This document shows positions 11,701 through 29,905 of a DNA stretch of 64,000 bases, one piece after another (positions within the stretch are counted from its first letter, which is position 1; each line of letters opens with the position of its first letter). The stretch lies in the NCBI RefSeq assembly GCF_009914755.1, contig NC_060947.1; one strand, given 5' to 3'. The translations under genes were made by a program, and so were the position numbers. Origin of the DNA: the human T2T-CHM13v2.0 reference genome, Homo sapiens. The notes beneath the pieces are model-generated. The model was not told the origin of the DNA, searched no databases, and worked only from the letters and a program-made list of their open reading frames with translations.

Positions 11701-13719
11701 TGTTTCCCTTCATTGAAACTAGGTATCTGTGTTTTCTGTACATTGCACTCAACATTTGCCCTTAACCGTCTATAAAGTCAAATATTATTCACTGTGTCTA
11801 TAGACTTTGCTCTCACTGACGGTCCTGTAAACACTCTGAAATTGCTTTATCCTGATGTCTTACACATGCCCCTTGGCATCTTCTGTACCATTTGCTTTCA
11901 TTTAAGATGCTTTTTCATATGGCATTGTGAAATAACCATTCTATATAAGCAAGCTTGTAGAAAAGTGATTAAGATGTATCAAAATTTTAACCTCTTTTTC
12001 CACTATCACGTTTATATCCAACGTCTCTTTATCTTTTAAGAGACAGTTTCTCTTAGGACACCTTTTGCTAATAAATTATTTCAAGTTTTTTTTTTTCTTA
12101 ACATTTATAGAATCATGTGTACCACTATAAAGTACCAACTTCAATTCCAAGTGGAGCATTTCACATTGAGAAAGACCCCAACAGAAGTTAGAGTCTCAGC
12201 ATCAAGGATTTTCCCATGGTGATTGGAATATACATGGAAGTGATATTCAGTAATTTAATGACAGCAGATCCAAACATATAAGGTAAAACCTCCCCATCTG
12301 TGCCTAATTCTTTAGCAAGTGTTCACAATGCAAATGCTACGGGCTTTTCTAGGTCATTTGGCATTATGTGAGAAATCACTGCTCTGATCCCATATGGTGA
12401 AGCGTCAGTAGCTAAACAGATTGGCAGGGCAGGGTCATAATACACTAGAATCCTTGAGGACATCAGTTGCTATTTAGTCAGTTCAAAAGCAGCTTGACAT
12501 TCCTTTCACCAATGACATTGTTTATTTTGCTTTAATACTTCTTTCATAAAACGTAACTACTATAGGACAATTTGGTTTAAATTTTCTGAAGTAGTTTTAA
12601 CAGAAATAGGATATGTCATTCTATGTATAGAAAAATGACATATATTTATATGGTAACTGTAATAGATATTTTGCATATAAAACATGAATGACATATACTC
12701 ATACACATGAATGACAGAATTAATCAATTAAGCTTTTAATAATATGATCAGAATTTCTTGCTGAAAACATACAATTTTAGACTTCTATTAGGAAAAGATA
12801 AATGTAGGAGATAAAATGTAAATGAAAGCATTTACATTATTTTCAGGATGATTATCCCATAGCTTTAACCCATCTACTTCTCTGTAATTGAGGTAGAATG
12901 GCATACTAAACTAAAAGGTCATATATTATACTTAATTGACAAACACTTAAGAAGGTTAAATCTCTAAAAAAGAACAAATATGGTAAATATGCTAAAGTTA
13001 GAGAATGAGTGTTTGTTACCTGATTTCTATAGCTTGGTCACTCACTCATTCATTCATTCACTCATTTTTACCAGCATTTTTACTTAATTTGAAGTCATCT
13101 TAAAACTGTTTGCCTTTTGGCTATTCACTAAGATGCTCCTCAAATGCAAAATATTTCATGTTAACCTTCCCACTTTCTAATTTTGTATCATAATTAAAGG
13201 TAATGGGGGGTGGTAGGGAAGATTAACAGGCGCCACCAGAATCTCTTCTTATTGAACAACTTCATTTCAGAATACTCGCCAAACATAAATATATGATATG
13301 TGAGGTTCTATAAAATCTACATCACTTTATAATTCTGCAGTTAGATTAATTATTGCAGTGTATGGCTAATCTTCCGTATGTAAGCAGAGCTTGAGTTATA
13401 ACTAGTCATCATATATTACACTTGATATACATATATAGCTCATAAAAACAAATGGAGAAAGTTGTCAACTTCCGTTCTAAAGGCTATACTTGGAAAATTT
13501 TCTTTTGATATGCATAAAGCAGTTAGAAGTTTAAAAAACTAGCAAAGTATAAAATTCTTGTTCTTACAAAATACTTGACATACATGGTTAATACATGTTA
13601 TTGTCATATATGCATAAAAATGTTTGATTGCTGTGAAAATTTGTTACAAAGAGTGAGGTACCATTTCAGGAAAGGACAATCACAGAGGACCTCTTTAAAA
13701 CTATATAAAAATTAAGCAA

Positions 13720-18310
<4,591 letters not shown>

Positions 18311-18510
18311 TAAAAGTAAAGATAACTAAAATATAAAATAACTTCTGCTTGGGCTTCCTGTGCCAGACAGCCCTTCTATGCAGATACCCTTCTCACCAAG
18401 TTTCTGCTCTTTTGCCCTTATCATGGCCACTGTGGCTTCCCCTCAATTCACTAGTGTGAATGGCTACCTTACACTGTCCCACCTAGTGTCTTCAGGGCTG
18501 TACTACTCAG

Positions 18511-18616
18511 GGAAGAAAAGGAATTGAAGGAAAGAAGGAAAAGGAAAATAAAGGGAAGGAAAGGAAAAGAAAGAAAAGAAAAAAAAAAGAAAAATGAAGG
18601 AGAAGAAAGGAAAAGA
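18511..18616. repeat. GA-rich low-complexity tract (GAAAA/GGAA)
   Basis: Direct reading. Confidence 0.85.
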
Positions 18617-19397
18617 GTCAATATATTTAAAAATGACACTTCAAAAGTAAATTTTTCTTGTTACAAAACCAAGATACAGTTAAAAATAAGATTATCATAG
18701 TACAGGTCTTCACAAACTTCATGATGGCACACAGCAGGTTTCTCAAATAACTGTTGGTGTATGTAAGTTGTGAGGTTTTTCAAAAGTAATTTTGTTCTAC
18801 TAATAAAGTAACAAAATTTTTGCATGCATTTCTATTATGTTATAGTAGAGAGAATCAAAGCTTATCTTTATAAAACGCAATAATTTCATTCACTTGCGCA
18901 GTGATGAGCTGTCCTGCATGGAGGAGTCAGAGTAGTTACCTAGGTCTCAACATGTAGAAATGTCAAGTTCAAGTAACCATCACTCATAGTATACTTTGTA
19001 GTAGGTGAGAGGGTTGAAAATCAACACATTAGAAAGGTAGTTCTAACTTTTCCTAGGCTGAATATCAGAAACTTTTTAAATAAATACAATAAAAATTAAA
19101 CTTGTAAATTCAGAGTAAATGAATTTTAACCAAGGAGTGGCCAGACTATAGAGTTTTGAACTTTGGTTCAAGCAAAGATAACTTTCCACCAAATTTTATA
19201 TGAAAGGAAAGCGAGCTCTCTTCCAAAGGGAAATGTGACACAATTCTCTGTAAATTTTAAATAATCTACACATATTATGAGTGGTTCAGGCAAACATTAT
19301 GCAAGAGGAAGAAAAGCCACATGCTCACTTGTAAGGATGGCCATTACACAGAATGTTGGTTTATGGGGATATTTGGTGGGTTTTCAATGTTAACTAT

Positions 19398-20153
19398 TGA
19401 TACGGGAGGGGAGCAGGGAAGTGCTGGGTAGAGAAGGACAGGGTCCTTGGTGAAGGTTCTATCCTCGGGCCTATATTGGCATCCAAATGTTGCATTTCTC
19501 CAAGACTACTCTGGCCCACCATGCCCCACATTCTGTGCCCATAAAAACCCAGGAGACACAAGTGGCTGGACATTGAGAGGAGCATAGGAGCAGAAGAGCA
19601 CACCGACAGGCACCAGCAGATTCTGGAAGGCCGTCAACGGCAGGACAACCTGGAATTCTGTCTTGGGCAGTGAGAGGAGAGTCTAGCCACTGGGCGGCCT
19701 GACTTCAGGGGAAGACCACCTTCCCATTCCATCCCCCTTCTGGCCTCCCCATCCAGCTCACTGAGAGCTACTTCCACCACTCGATAAAATCTTGCACCCA
19801 TCCTCCAACCCCACATGTGATCTGATTGTTCTGGTACACTAGGGCAAGAACCTGGGATACAGAAAGCCCTCTATCTTTGTGATAAGGCAGGAGGTCTAGT
19901 TGAGCTGATTAACACAAGCCGCCGGCCGATGGCAAAACTGAAAGACCACACTGTAACACATGCCCACTGGGGCTTCGGGAGCTCTAAACACTCAACCCTA
20001 GATGGTGCCGTGGGGTTGGAGCACAAAAACGCTCCCCACAACCTGGCTGACTGCGTGCTCCCTTTAGCGGTCTGAGCAGCGGGGCACCAAAGAAGCGAGC
20101 CACACCCCTGCCACACACCCTGGGAGGGAGATAAGGGAACTTCTCTGGTTTCA
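19398..20153 (+). mobile_element. ERV1 solo LTR, MER52/LTR27/LTR28 group, 4-bp TSD CTAT
   Basis: TG...CA termini (TGATACGGGAGGGGAGCAGGGAAGTGCTGGG ... AAGGGAACTTCTCTGGTTTCA). CTAT at 19394-19397 and 20154-20157. Confidence 0.88.
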
Positions 20154-20369
20154 CTATTTTGTATTTCAAATAAAATAGCATTCCAGATCATGGCATAAAA
20201 GGAAGAATTTAATTCAATTGCAATAACTTGGTAAATATACACCATTTTATAGTGTATTAACATTTATTGAGATAATCTCATACATATTTAAAATTTGGGT
20301 CATATTTGGCTTTAAAATTAGATAAATATGCTCAGTTTTAAAAAGATTACCCTAATTTACTTTAAAAGT

Positions 20370-21000
20370 AAATTTTTTATTGAGGTATAACAGACATAAA
20401 GAAATGTTCAAAAACCGTATATGTACAACTGGCATTTTTTCTTTAATTTATTAACAGCCTTATTGAGGTGTAATTGACATACAGTAAGCTGAACATATTT
20501 AAAGTGTGCAATCTGATAAGTTTTCACATGTGTAGACTCCCATGAAACCATCACCCAAATCAAGACAATGAACATATTCATCATTCCCAAAGTTTTTATG
20601 TGACCTTTGGTAGCCCCACCCTTCCCTACCTCAGAAAACCACTGATATACTTTTTATTGGGAATGATTTGTCTGCATTTCCTAAGATCTTTGATATAAAT
20701 GTAGGTATGCAGAATGTACTCTTTCATATCTGGCTTTTTTCATTCATCATAATGCCTTGGAAATCCATCCAAGTTGTTTTGTGCATCAATCATTGCTTAG
20801 TAATAGTCCATGGTATAGATGCACCAGAGTTGATTTAACTATTCACCTACTGAAGGACATTTGTGCTCTTCGCCAATCTGTGATTGCAAATAAAGCTGCT
20901 ATGAACATTCATGTACAGGTTTTGTGTAAACACATTTTAATTTCTCTGCAATAATTATCTAGATTTGGAATAGATGGATCACACTGTAGATATGTTTTTC
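20370..21000 (-). mobile_element. L1MC1-like 3' end, preceded by a short L1ME-like 3' end
   Basis: TTATTGAGGTGTAATTGACATACAGTAAGCTGAACATATTTAAAGTG...CCATGAAACCATCACC...AATAAAGCTGCTATGAACATTCATGTACA. Confidence 0.85.
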
Positions 21001-23480
21001 AATCCTCCAACAATGGCTTTTTCCCAGAGCAAGCACAGATTTTCAGCCTTTTGCCTGCACCCAGAATTGGCAGGGGAGAAGGAGCTGAACTCAGCTCACC
21101 TTTCCAAGATCCTGTCTTCTTCACAATCTTAGCCTTTATTGTCCTCATTGGTTTAGCAGCTCTCCAAATAAGTTTGCATATTATCCAGTTTTTCTAACTG
21201 ATCTATCTTAAGTTGCATTGAGCTACAAAGAAGCAAAATACTAAATTTCTATTTTAAACTAATACATTTTCTAAATATTTTTTAACATGTATGTTAATAA
21301 ACTTTTGTATATTGATTATATACTTAGCAACTTTGCAAAACTTTTATGAACTCTAATAATTTGAGTTTTTTTTGAGTTTTCATGTAGGCAATATCATCAT
21401 TAGCCTTTTGTTTGCTCTTATTTATTTCTAAATATTTTATTGCCTTTTATTTTTTTAGCCAACTGGCCAAAATCTCTGAAACAATATTGAAAAATATGGT
21501 GAGTCTTGTTCTTAATTTTAAGAAGAATGCTTTGAAGATTTCATGACTGTCATGCTAGCTCTAAGTTTTTGGAAGATGTCTTTTATCCGTTTAAGAAAAT
21601 CCCCTTCTACCAATAAGCTACTAAGATTTTTCCTTTTATCACAAATGATTTTTCACTTTATTTAATAACTTTCCCAAATTTTTAAAGATGATTATGAGTT
21701 TTTACTTCTTTCTCTTTATATGTAAGTTACATTAATAGATGTTGAACTGTCCTTTCATTCCTGGACAAATGCCCCTTCATTCCTGAACAAAGGCTAATTT
21801 GTTCACAAACGTGTTATTTATTAATGCATTATTATATTTAATTTGCTAATATATTGTTGAGGATTGTTATCTCTCTATGTTTATAAGTGTGTTTGGCCTG
21901 CAAATTTTCTATCTTATACTGTCTTTTTCTGGTTTTGGTGTCGTGGTTATGCAATTTTCATAAAGAGCTTTAAGAAGTATGCCATTTTTTCTCTTTTTTG
22001 AAAGTTTTGTTAAGTATGTTCTTTGAATGCTTGTCAGAATTTGTCCGTAACAACTTTTGATCATTCATATTTGCAATTCTTATGTATTTAAGTTTGGTAA
22101 CTTACTATTTTTTTTCTTGGATTTTCTCTATTTTACCTAAGTTTCAAATTTATTAACAAAAGTTTCTTCAGAATATTGTCTTCTATTTTTATTTAGCTAT
22201 GTTTTTATTTTATTTCTAATATCGGTTATATGTATCTTCTCATTTTTCTTCTTCTTTAAAGAGCTTGTTTAATGTCATTAGTGTTTTCAGAGAATCAACT
22301 TTTGTGTTTATTGATTTTTCACTATTTCAACTTTATTTTCTATTTCATCAATTTCTCTTCCTAGTTTTTTTCTTATCATTTTCTTTCTTCTGCTTTCCCT
22401 GGTTTCATTCAGTTGATATTTATTTGTCTTTGAATGTTGATTTTAATGAGAATAAAATTATTGTCTGTCAATCATTTTTCTCAGTACTTTGTATACATCA
22501 TTCTACAGACATATGGCTTCGTAGCTGATGTTCAGAAATCAGCTGTTAATCTAAGCTTTATTTCATTTAGATAATCTGATTAGATTGATATTGGATCTTC
22601 TCATACTAATCTTCATGATTATTAAAGTTTTAATATGTCTTTAATAAATTCTGAATTATCTCTCTAGCTCTATTTCTTAACTTAAAATTTCTTTCTGCAG
22701 TGTTGTTAAATCTTATCATTATGCCATCTGTTGAGCATTTAATTTCGGTGATCATATATTTTTTATTTCTACATGTTCTACTTAGTTTTTTCTCATGTTT
22801 TTTTCTTATCTGTTTACTCCTTTTTTATTTTAAGTACTTTATATAAACTTATATTTGGAATGTGAACTGAATTCAATATCTGTAATTATTATAAATTCTC
22901 TAGTTTCTTGTTTCTGCTGATTCTTACTTATTGTAACTTATTTCCTCATGTGCTTAGTAATTTATTTTTATTGTTATTTCATATTCCTTGTAATTTGATC
23001 TGGGGACTCATTGAGGCCTTTATTAAAATGTGTTCTTCCAGAAGGGGTGTGTACTTGTTTTTATCATGTTCCTGGGGTCTTGTATTTTTTCAGTCTGAAA
23101 TTTTGGCTTAGAGTTTTCAGGCTATACAAAAAGTGTGAATTCAATCTCCAAAGACATGTGTGAGCAAGCTCATAATTAGGAAATCTGACAAGGTACATGG
23201 ACATAGCCATTGAAAGTAATGCCCTTTGGGGACCTCAGCCTTATGGGGTTATCTCTATCAGACCTTGTTTCCTGTTTTAGTCCAGGGCTTTGGGGCCTGT
23301 TCTCTGTTCATGTAACTTGTTACATCCTAAGCTCTATGCTGCAAAGGATGAGACATACTGAAAGGAAAGACTCATTTCAGTTTTCTCTTATTTTAAAGAA
23401 TGTGACTTCTTTTTTGTTTCTAGCTTATAAAGAATTTTGTTTCCTTACCTCTAAGTCATCTATGCAGTATGAAAAAAATT
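21000..23480 (-). mobile_element. Highly decayed L1M/L1ME fragments
   Basis: T-rich antisense ORF2-like segments, e.g. GTCTTGTTCTTAATTTTAAG, TTTGCTAATATATTGTTGAGGATT, TTTTCAGAGAATCAACTTTTG. Boundaries approximate. Confidence 0.65.
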
Positions 23481-23551
23481 AAAATATTAAACTAATATTT
23501 TTCCTTTACTTAATAACACAATAAAATACTGGGAAAATATTTTATTTATTT

Positions 23552-24210
23552 TCCCACTACTGGGTATTTATTCAAAGGAAAGGAAATCAATACATGAAAG
23601 GGATACCTCTACCTCCATGTTTGTTGCAGCACTATCCACAACAGCAAAGTCATGGAATCAACTTAAGTGTTTATCAGTGGATGAATGGATAAAGAAAATG
23701 TGATGTATATACACAATGGAATAATAGTCGTCCATAAAAATAATGAAATCTTGTCTTTTTCAGCAATACGGATGAAACTGGAGGTAACTATGTTCAATGA
23801 AACAAGCCAATCACAGAAAGACAAGTATCACATGTTCTCACTCTTATGTGGGAGCTATAAAATTTGATCTCATGGAAGTAGAGAGTAGAATTATAGCTAC
23901 CAGAGGCTGAGAAGGGTGTTTGGGTGGGGAAAGGGGATGAAGAGAGGTTGGTTAATAGGTACAAACATATAATTAGATCAAAGGAGTAAGTTTCAATGTT
24001 CAATTACAATAGAGTGACTGTAGTTAACCACAATGTATTGTATATTTCAAAATAGCTGGAAGAGAGGATTTCGAATGTTCCCAACACATAGAAATGATAA
24101 ATAGTTGAAGTGATGGATATCCTAAATACCCTGACTTGATTATTACGCATTCTATGCATGTAACAAAATACCGTATGTACTCCATACAAATGTACAGATA
24201 TTATACAACA
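23552..24210 (+). mobile_element. L1MA4/L1MA5-type 3' end
   Basis: CCCACTACTGGGTATTTA...GGATGAATGGATAAAGAAAATGTG...TGTTCCCAACACATAGAAATGATAAAT...CCCTGACTTGATTATTAC. Confidence 0.9.
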
Positions 24211-24382
24211 AGTTTTTTTTTTTGAAATGGGGGACAAAATTATGTGACTAAATAATAGTCACAGTATTGCATGTAGAGTCCTGTGTACCCTTCACTAAGC
24301 TTCCTCAAATGGTGACATTTTATATAATAGTTACATAACATTAAAATCAGCAAACTGACAGGGGTACATGTGTCATTGAATA

Positions 24383-24673
24383 TAGTCGGCCCTCAGTATC
24401 CATGGGTTCTACATCCTCAAAATGTACCAACCACAGGTCAAAAATAGTTTTTTAAATGACACAACAAAAGTAATACAGATAAAAAATAATACAAAAAAAT
24501 ACAGTGTAACAACTGTTCACATAGCATTTGCATTGTTTTAGGTATTATAAGGAATCTAGTGATGATGTAAAGCAGGAGGATTTGCATAAGTTATATGCAA
24601 ATACTATGCCACTTTATATAAGTGACTTGAGCATCCATGAATTTTGCCATCCATGGATACTCAGGGGTGACTG
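24383..24673 (-). mobile_element. MER2/MER2B Tigger-family MITE with TA TSD
   Basis: TIR-like ends TAGTCGGCCCTCAGTATCC and GGATACTCAGGGGTGACTG, flanked by TA. Confidence 0.85.
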
Positions 24674-24889
24674 TATGTCCTAGAATTGTATTTTATAAAT
24701 TAAAGTTACCAACTTTAGGCAAATCATTTAACGCAGTTACTTGCAAAAAATACAATTCATGAAGAAAATAAGGATTTCATTAAAAGATCTTTTTTTAGAA
24801 AATTTAAAATGTGAATATAATAAAGGTGCTGTCATTGTTTTAAATTTTTTGTATTTCATATTTTTATTGTTTTATTGTTTTATCTTCTA

Positions 24890-26322
24890 TGCATTCTCTT
24901 ATATTGTTCTCCAGGGTCCACTGTTTCCTGCCATCTTTTCTGCTCTTTCCTTGAGTATTTTCATTCATGCCTTTAAAAAAAACCTTACACTGATGACTCC
25001 AAAATCTACACCTCTAGCCCAACTTCATCCTGAGTTTCTGCCCTTAGTCTCTATTTTAGATATTTCTGGGGTACTTTCAATCAACATGTCACCAATGTAT
25101 CGTCACTTATACTTTCCCTCCATATCCTCCTATATTAGTTTATTTTTACACTACTATAAGGAACTAGCTGAGACTGGGTAATTTATAAAGGAAAGAGATT
25201 TAATTGACTCACAGTTCTGCATGGCTGGGGAGGCCTCAGGAAACTCACAATAATGGCAGAAGGCAAAAGGGAAGCAAGGCACAGCTTACATGGTGGCAGG
25301 AGAAAGAGAAAGAAGAGGGGAAGCACCACACACTTATCAAAACAACCAGATCTCGTGAGAGCTCTGTCACAAGAATAGCAAAGGGGATGTCTGCCCCACG
25401 ACTCAATCACCTCCCACCAGGCCACTCCCCCAACACCTGTGAATTATAATTCGAGATGAGATTTGGGTAGGGACACAGAGCCAAACCTGTATCACCTCCT
25501 TAACTTCCTTTTAAAATGACTAATTTTACAACCTCCTTAGTAGTTGCCCTAACTAGGAATTTGGGCTTAGTCTTTTACTCTTTCACCCATTTCAATCCAC
25601 GCTGATCTCAGAATCATTTCTAGTCTATCTATGACATGTCTCTCAACCTCTGTTTCATTTCCACTGTCACAGTTTTGTTTCATTCCCTATAATTTTACTT
25701 GTTCTATTAAAAAATTCATAAAGGATTCCTGGAATTCTATCTCCTCAATAATGTTACCAAGACAGTTCTTTACACTGGCTAGTTATCTTCCTAAAACAAT
25801 TATGATCTCATCATTCTTTGCTTAATGATTTCCAATGGCACTGACTCTTCAAACTCTTCAGTTTGGCATACATGGCCCTTCACAATTCCAACCCAGTCAA
25901 TCACTTTATAGTGCCATTTTCTACCTCAAAAGCCTCCCCCTTTTCCTCAGCTGTGCAAACTAAATTCAAGCTGACTGGACTTCCTTGCATATGTCATTTC
26001 CCTTTACATCTTTAAGTCTTTGCACTTGTATTGAGTGTTTTCTTTCACGTCTTGTCTTAGAAAAATTCTATCTACCTCAAGACCCAGCTCATTATCACCT
26101 CCTTTATAATGCCTTCCCAGACTTTTTTACAGTTATTTTCTCCCTTTTTTAGTTTTCCCACAACATTTTCTCCATGCCTGTCTTTTTGGTAGTTATCACA
26201 TAGCATCTGTTTGATTGTAGTTGTCTCTTCCAATATATTATATCATTTCTGAGGAAGAGACCTTACTCAGCTTTGTTTTTCCAGCATTTCAGAGAAAGAA
26301 ATGTTTATTAAATGAATAAATT
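24890..26322 (+). mobile_element. L2 fragments, interrupted by the THE1D LTR
   Basis: GATGACTCCAAAATCTAC, TCAAGACCCAGCTC...GCCTTCCCAGAC, and 3' end AAATGTTTATTAAATGAATAAAT. Confidence 0.7.
25131..25494 (-). mobile_element. THE1D/MSTA-type solo LTR, 5-bp TSD CCTCC
   Basis: GAGACTGGGTAATTTATAAAG...GAGGCCTCAGGAAACT...GGACACAGAGCCAAACC. CCTCC at 25126-25130 and 25495-25499. Confidence 0.92.
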
Positions 26323-27196
26323 TTAATTAAAATCCAAGAGCTCAAGGGATAATGCTTACTCTTTTATTCATACTTAATAACATGCTCATCCATGTGTATT
26401 TTATTTTGTATTGCCAATATATACATAATTCAATGAAATTCACTTCCTTTTCTGGATTATTCACCTCCAAACATAGTCACATGACATGTTTAGTTTAATA
26501 AAAAAACCAGAATTTTATTAAAAAAAAAAAAAACTAGCAAGACCTGCTTTTGTCTACTTTTTCCTCTTGAAATTACATTTCATTAATGGAACACTCATGA
26601 AACTACATTTTAACTTTGGTTTTAATTAGTTGATATTATAGTTATCAATTTAGCTTTGAGGGTATGTTGGTGTTATTGATATAATAATTAAATATAAAAA
26701 GATTAGTCTATTAAAAATATACTAATTGACTTCTGCCAAACATAACTAATTACAGCTGATTGGTCAAAATAGTATAAGAAGTAACTTTAATTACTTAACA
26801 CTGGGTTACACATTTTATTACTTCACGTAAGCATTTTTCTTTTTTCCTGAAAAAAAATTAACTACCGCATCATTCATGTTGATTTAATTTAGAACAAGAA
26901 AAATATGGAAACAGGTTTTATGTGTTGCTTGTTCAAATAATAGAATTAAGAGATAATGTCAAGAAAGGAGAATGCAGCCGTGGATAAGAGTTTATTGTTG
27001 CAAAATATTACAAAGTGCTATTGAACAGGTTAACCATTTGGGGCGCAATTACATGCTACTTGAAAATTGTGTTTAAATTGCTTAAATTACCACCTCACCT
27101 AGGAAATAGAACACTGACTTTTTTTTAAATGAAAGCTTTTTAAAAAACTAGTATGAATCATAGATCTCTCTTCTTTTTACTGCTTGTCACTGAGAT

Positions 27197-27200
<4 letters not shown>

Positions 27201-27232
<32 letters not shown>
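27201..27232. repeat. (CA)16 microsatellite
   Basis: Direct reading. Confidence 0.97.
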
Positions 27233-27240
<8 letters not shown>

Positions 27241-29139
27241 CACATGATCCATGGTAAACATTTTTTGAGCTGTTTCTTTTACATAAATGGACATTTATAT
27301 AACAGATTTCAATGCTGCTTTCTGCTCTGTCCATGAGAGTTATCAAATATAGCTTCTGTTAAACTTTGGACTAATTTACCATAATCATAAAAATAAATTG
27401 ATTGAGACATAAAATCATACTCTGTAAACACAGAAATAAGCACTAACTTTTCTGATTCTAGTAGTTGCTTAAATAATGTTCTTTTGCATACTGCTGGCTA
27501 AGTAACATAGCAGAATGACCCATGTCTTACCCGAAAAAGAGGCCAATAAATGACATTTTACTGAAGGAGAAATTATCAACAAGGATTGATTAGGTACCAA
27601 TTTTGTTAGCAAAGCACTGCCCTGATCTCTGAGATAAAATCAGTGAGTAATAATTGTACCTGTCATGATATATAAAGAGTATAATCAGAAGAAAGGTACT
27701 TAACATTTACACTAAAAACCTGAAATTATGATTCAGCACTGGTTAATGTAAACTTGCTTTATATATGGCTAAATTTAAAGACTAAACCCAATGTTGGTAC
27801 AGAGGTATTTTTTGGTATTAACTCTATGGAGCACTCTTACTTTTGCTCTTAATTTTTGGCATCGACGACTTATCTGCTTTTGGCTGAAATCCAAGTATTG
27901 ATTTTAACCTACAAAAGCACTTTTTTGCTATAGGAGCTGGTTATCTTAGAGATCGTCATTTTCCTATATATCAAGGGGTGCTTCTTCAGGCAGTGCTAAT
28001 ATTTAATTTTAAGTTGTTAGTGTTAGTTGGACTAGGAGTCGACATACCTACTTTAGAATATAATGTGCTGCTTTTCCTGCAGAAAACAATGTAAAGTCTA
28101 TATGCTTAATGAGGCCTTGATTTAAAGAGTTTGCAAATGAAGCTCACTTGTTTTATACTCACTAATAAAGTGTATGATTATTTGAAAAATCTATAAAAGC
28201 CCATAGAATGCACAGAAATAGAACATGATTTAAAAAAAAACAAAAAAGTATTCTACCTTTTGATTAAAATAATTTTGCAAATTCCTTCTCTATTGTTATC
28301 TCATTTTAAAAAGAGTAAAGCAACAAAAACTACATTTAACATATTATCATAAAACAAAACACGAGCTTTTCAACAATTCCAATAATTTCTTAAGGTCATT
28401 CTTTTAAATTGATGTAAACTTGTTTTGTTTTTACAGCTTAAATGACTTTTCCATCATCTTTTTAGCTGAGCATTTAGTTTTGCTCCAGGCAAATCAATGA
28501 AAAATCATCTACTGAAAGATAAAATTTTGTTTATACACATTCACCAGAGACTAGTTTGAAACACACTTCTGTTAGTAGGCTATAAAATGAAATGGCTGTC
28601 ATAAGGGTTATGCTCTTTGTTCCTCCAAAAATGTATCCTGCTTATATTTGAATGTAAACAAATTTTTTAAACCAATAATTTAGGAATAATTTTAAAGAGA
28701 TTTCAATAAAATAATCTCATTTTAAAATGTGAAACTTACTTTAAAAATAAAGTTTTAATTATAAGTGTAGAAGTAATGCATTATTAAGCTTGACAAATCT
28801 TTGAAGCACCAAGAAAAAACTGTTAACCTAACTTTGGACTTAAATGGAAAGCAAAACAATTCAATTTATTTTTATACTAGCACTATCAAAAATAGCATAT
28901 TACAAATCAAATTCAGAGTGCAACTCAGTAATAAAAGGAATGCTGAAAAGGAAAGTTCAAAAATGAACATAAACAGAAGTCATTCAACTGAATGAATAGT
29001 GACAAGAGTATAGCCAAATAAAGCAGGTCACTGTCCTCTTTTTCAAAAATGTAATGTCTTTTCTTCACTCGTTGTTTATCTCAGACCTATACAGCTTCAT
29101 TTTGCAAAATCTCACCTCAATAATCACAGTTTAATGATA

Positions 29140-29395
29140 ATAGCTATTTTTAAATGTGTGCATACTATATTTTAGATAATAGCTTAACCATTTTAAAGTA
29201 TTTACTTATTTAATCTTTATAACAATCTTATGAGACAGACACTGTTGTCCTAATTTTACAGATATAGAAACTGAGACATTGAAAGATTAAGTTGCTGCCT
29301 AACTGGCAGAGTTGGGATTTGAACCTAAGTCAGAATTTGAACATAGGCAGAATCGATCCAGAGACAATAGACTTAACCATTAAGTATTGTGCCTC
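29140..29395 (-). mobile_element. MIR
   Basis: TATTTAATCTTTATAACAATCTTATGAG...TTTTACAGATATAGAAACTGAGAC...GGGATTTGAACCTAAG. Confidence 0.85.
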
Positions 29396-29905
29396 TTAAG
29401 CATTTTTAGTGTACATGCCCATTGTTTTATGGTGACTACATCAAGCAATGAATAAGTATATGAAAAGACAGTTGTTTTCAAGGAGCTCACATTTTGGAGG
29501 TGGTGTGTAGTATGAACACTAAACATTTCTGGATTTTTTTGTTATAAAACATTTAATTGCTGTGTTCAGAAAGGATGTAGATGAAATAAAGATAGAGGGA
29601 GAAAGTCAGTTTGATGATTATTGGTGTAGACATTAACTTAAACACTTTTTGAGACTTTTTGAGTATCTGTGATGCCAGGTGCTAATTAACACAAGCTTGT
29701 ATTTTGAAAGAGGATATTAATCTAATTGGAGAGTCATATATGCCAATGAATAATTGCTGTGGCATGTAATAAATATTATAAGTGTAAAAGGTATCATAAG
29801 AACAAAAGACAGAGGGATTGAATTAGAGTATTGTATAATAGGGAAGATAAAGGGAAAATTGAGGCAGATGTTATGGAATGGTTCCTATATTTGTCCCTTT
29901 CTAAT

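Noticed and set aside
21745-21790. Short tandem duplications (about 21 bp here, others near 12682, 40151, 46516 and 63231)
   Set aside because: Ordinary slippage duplications without further structure.
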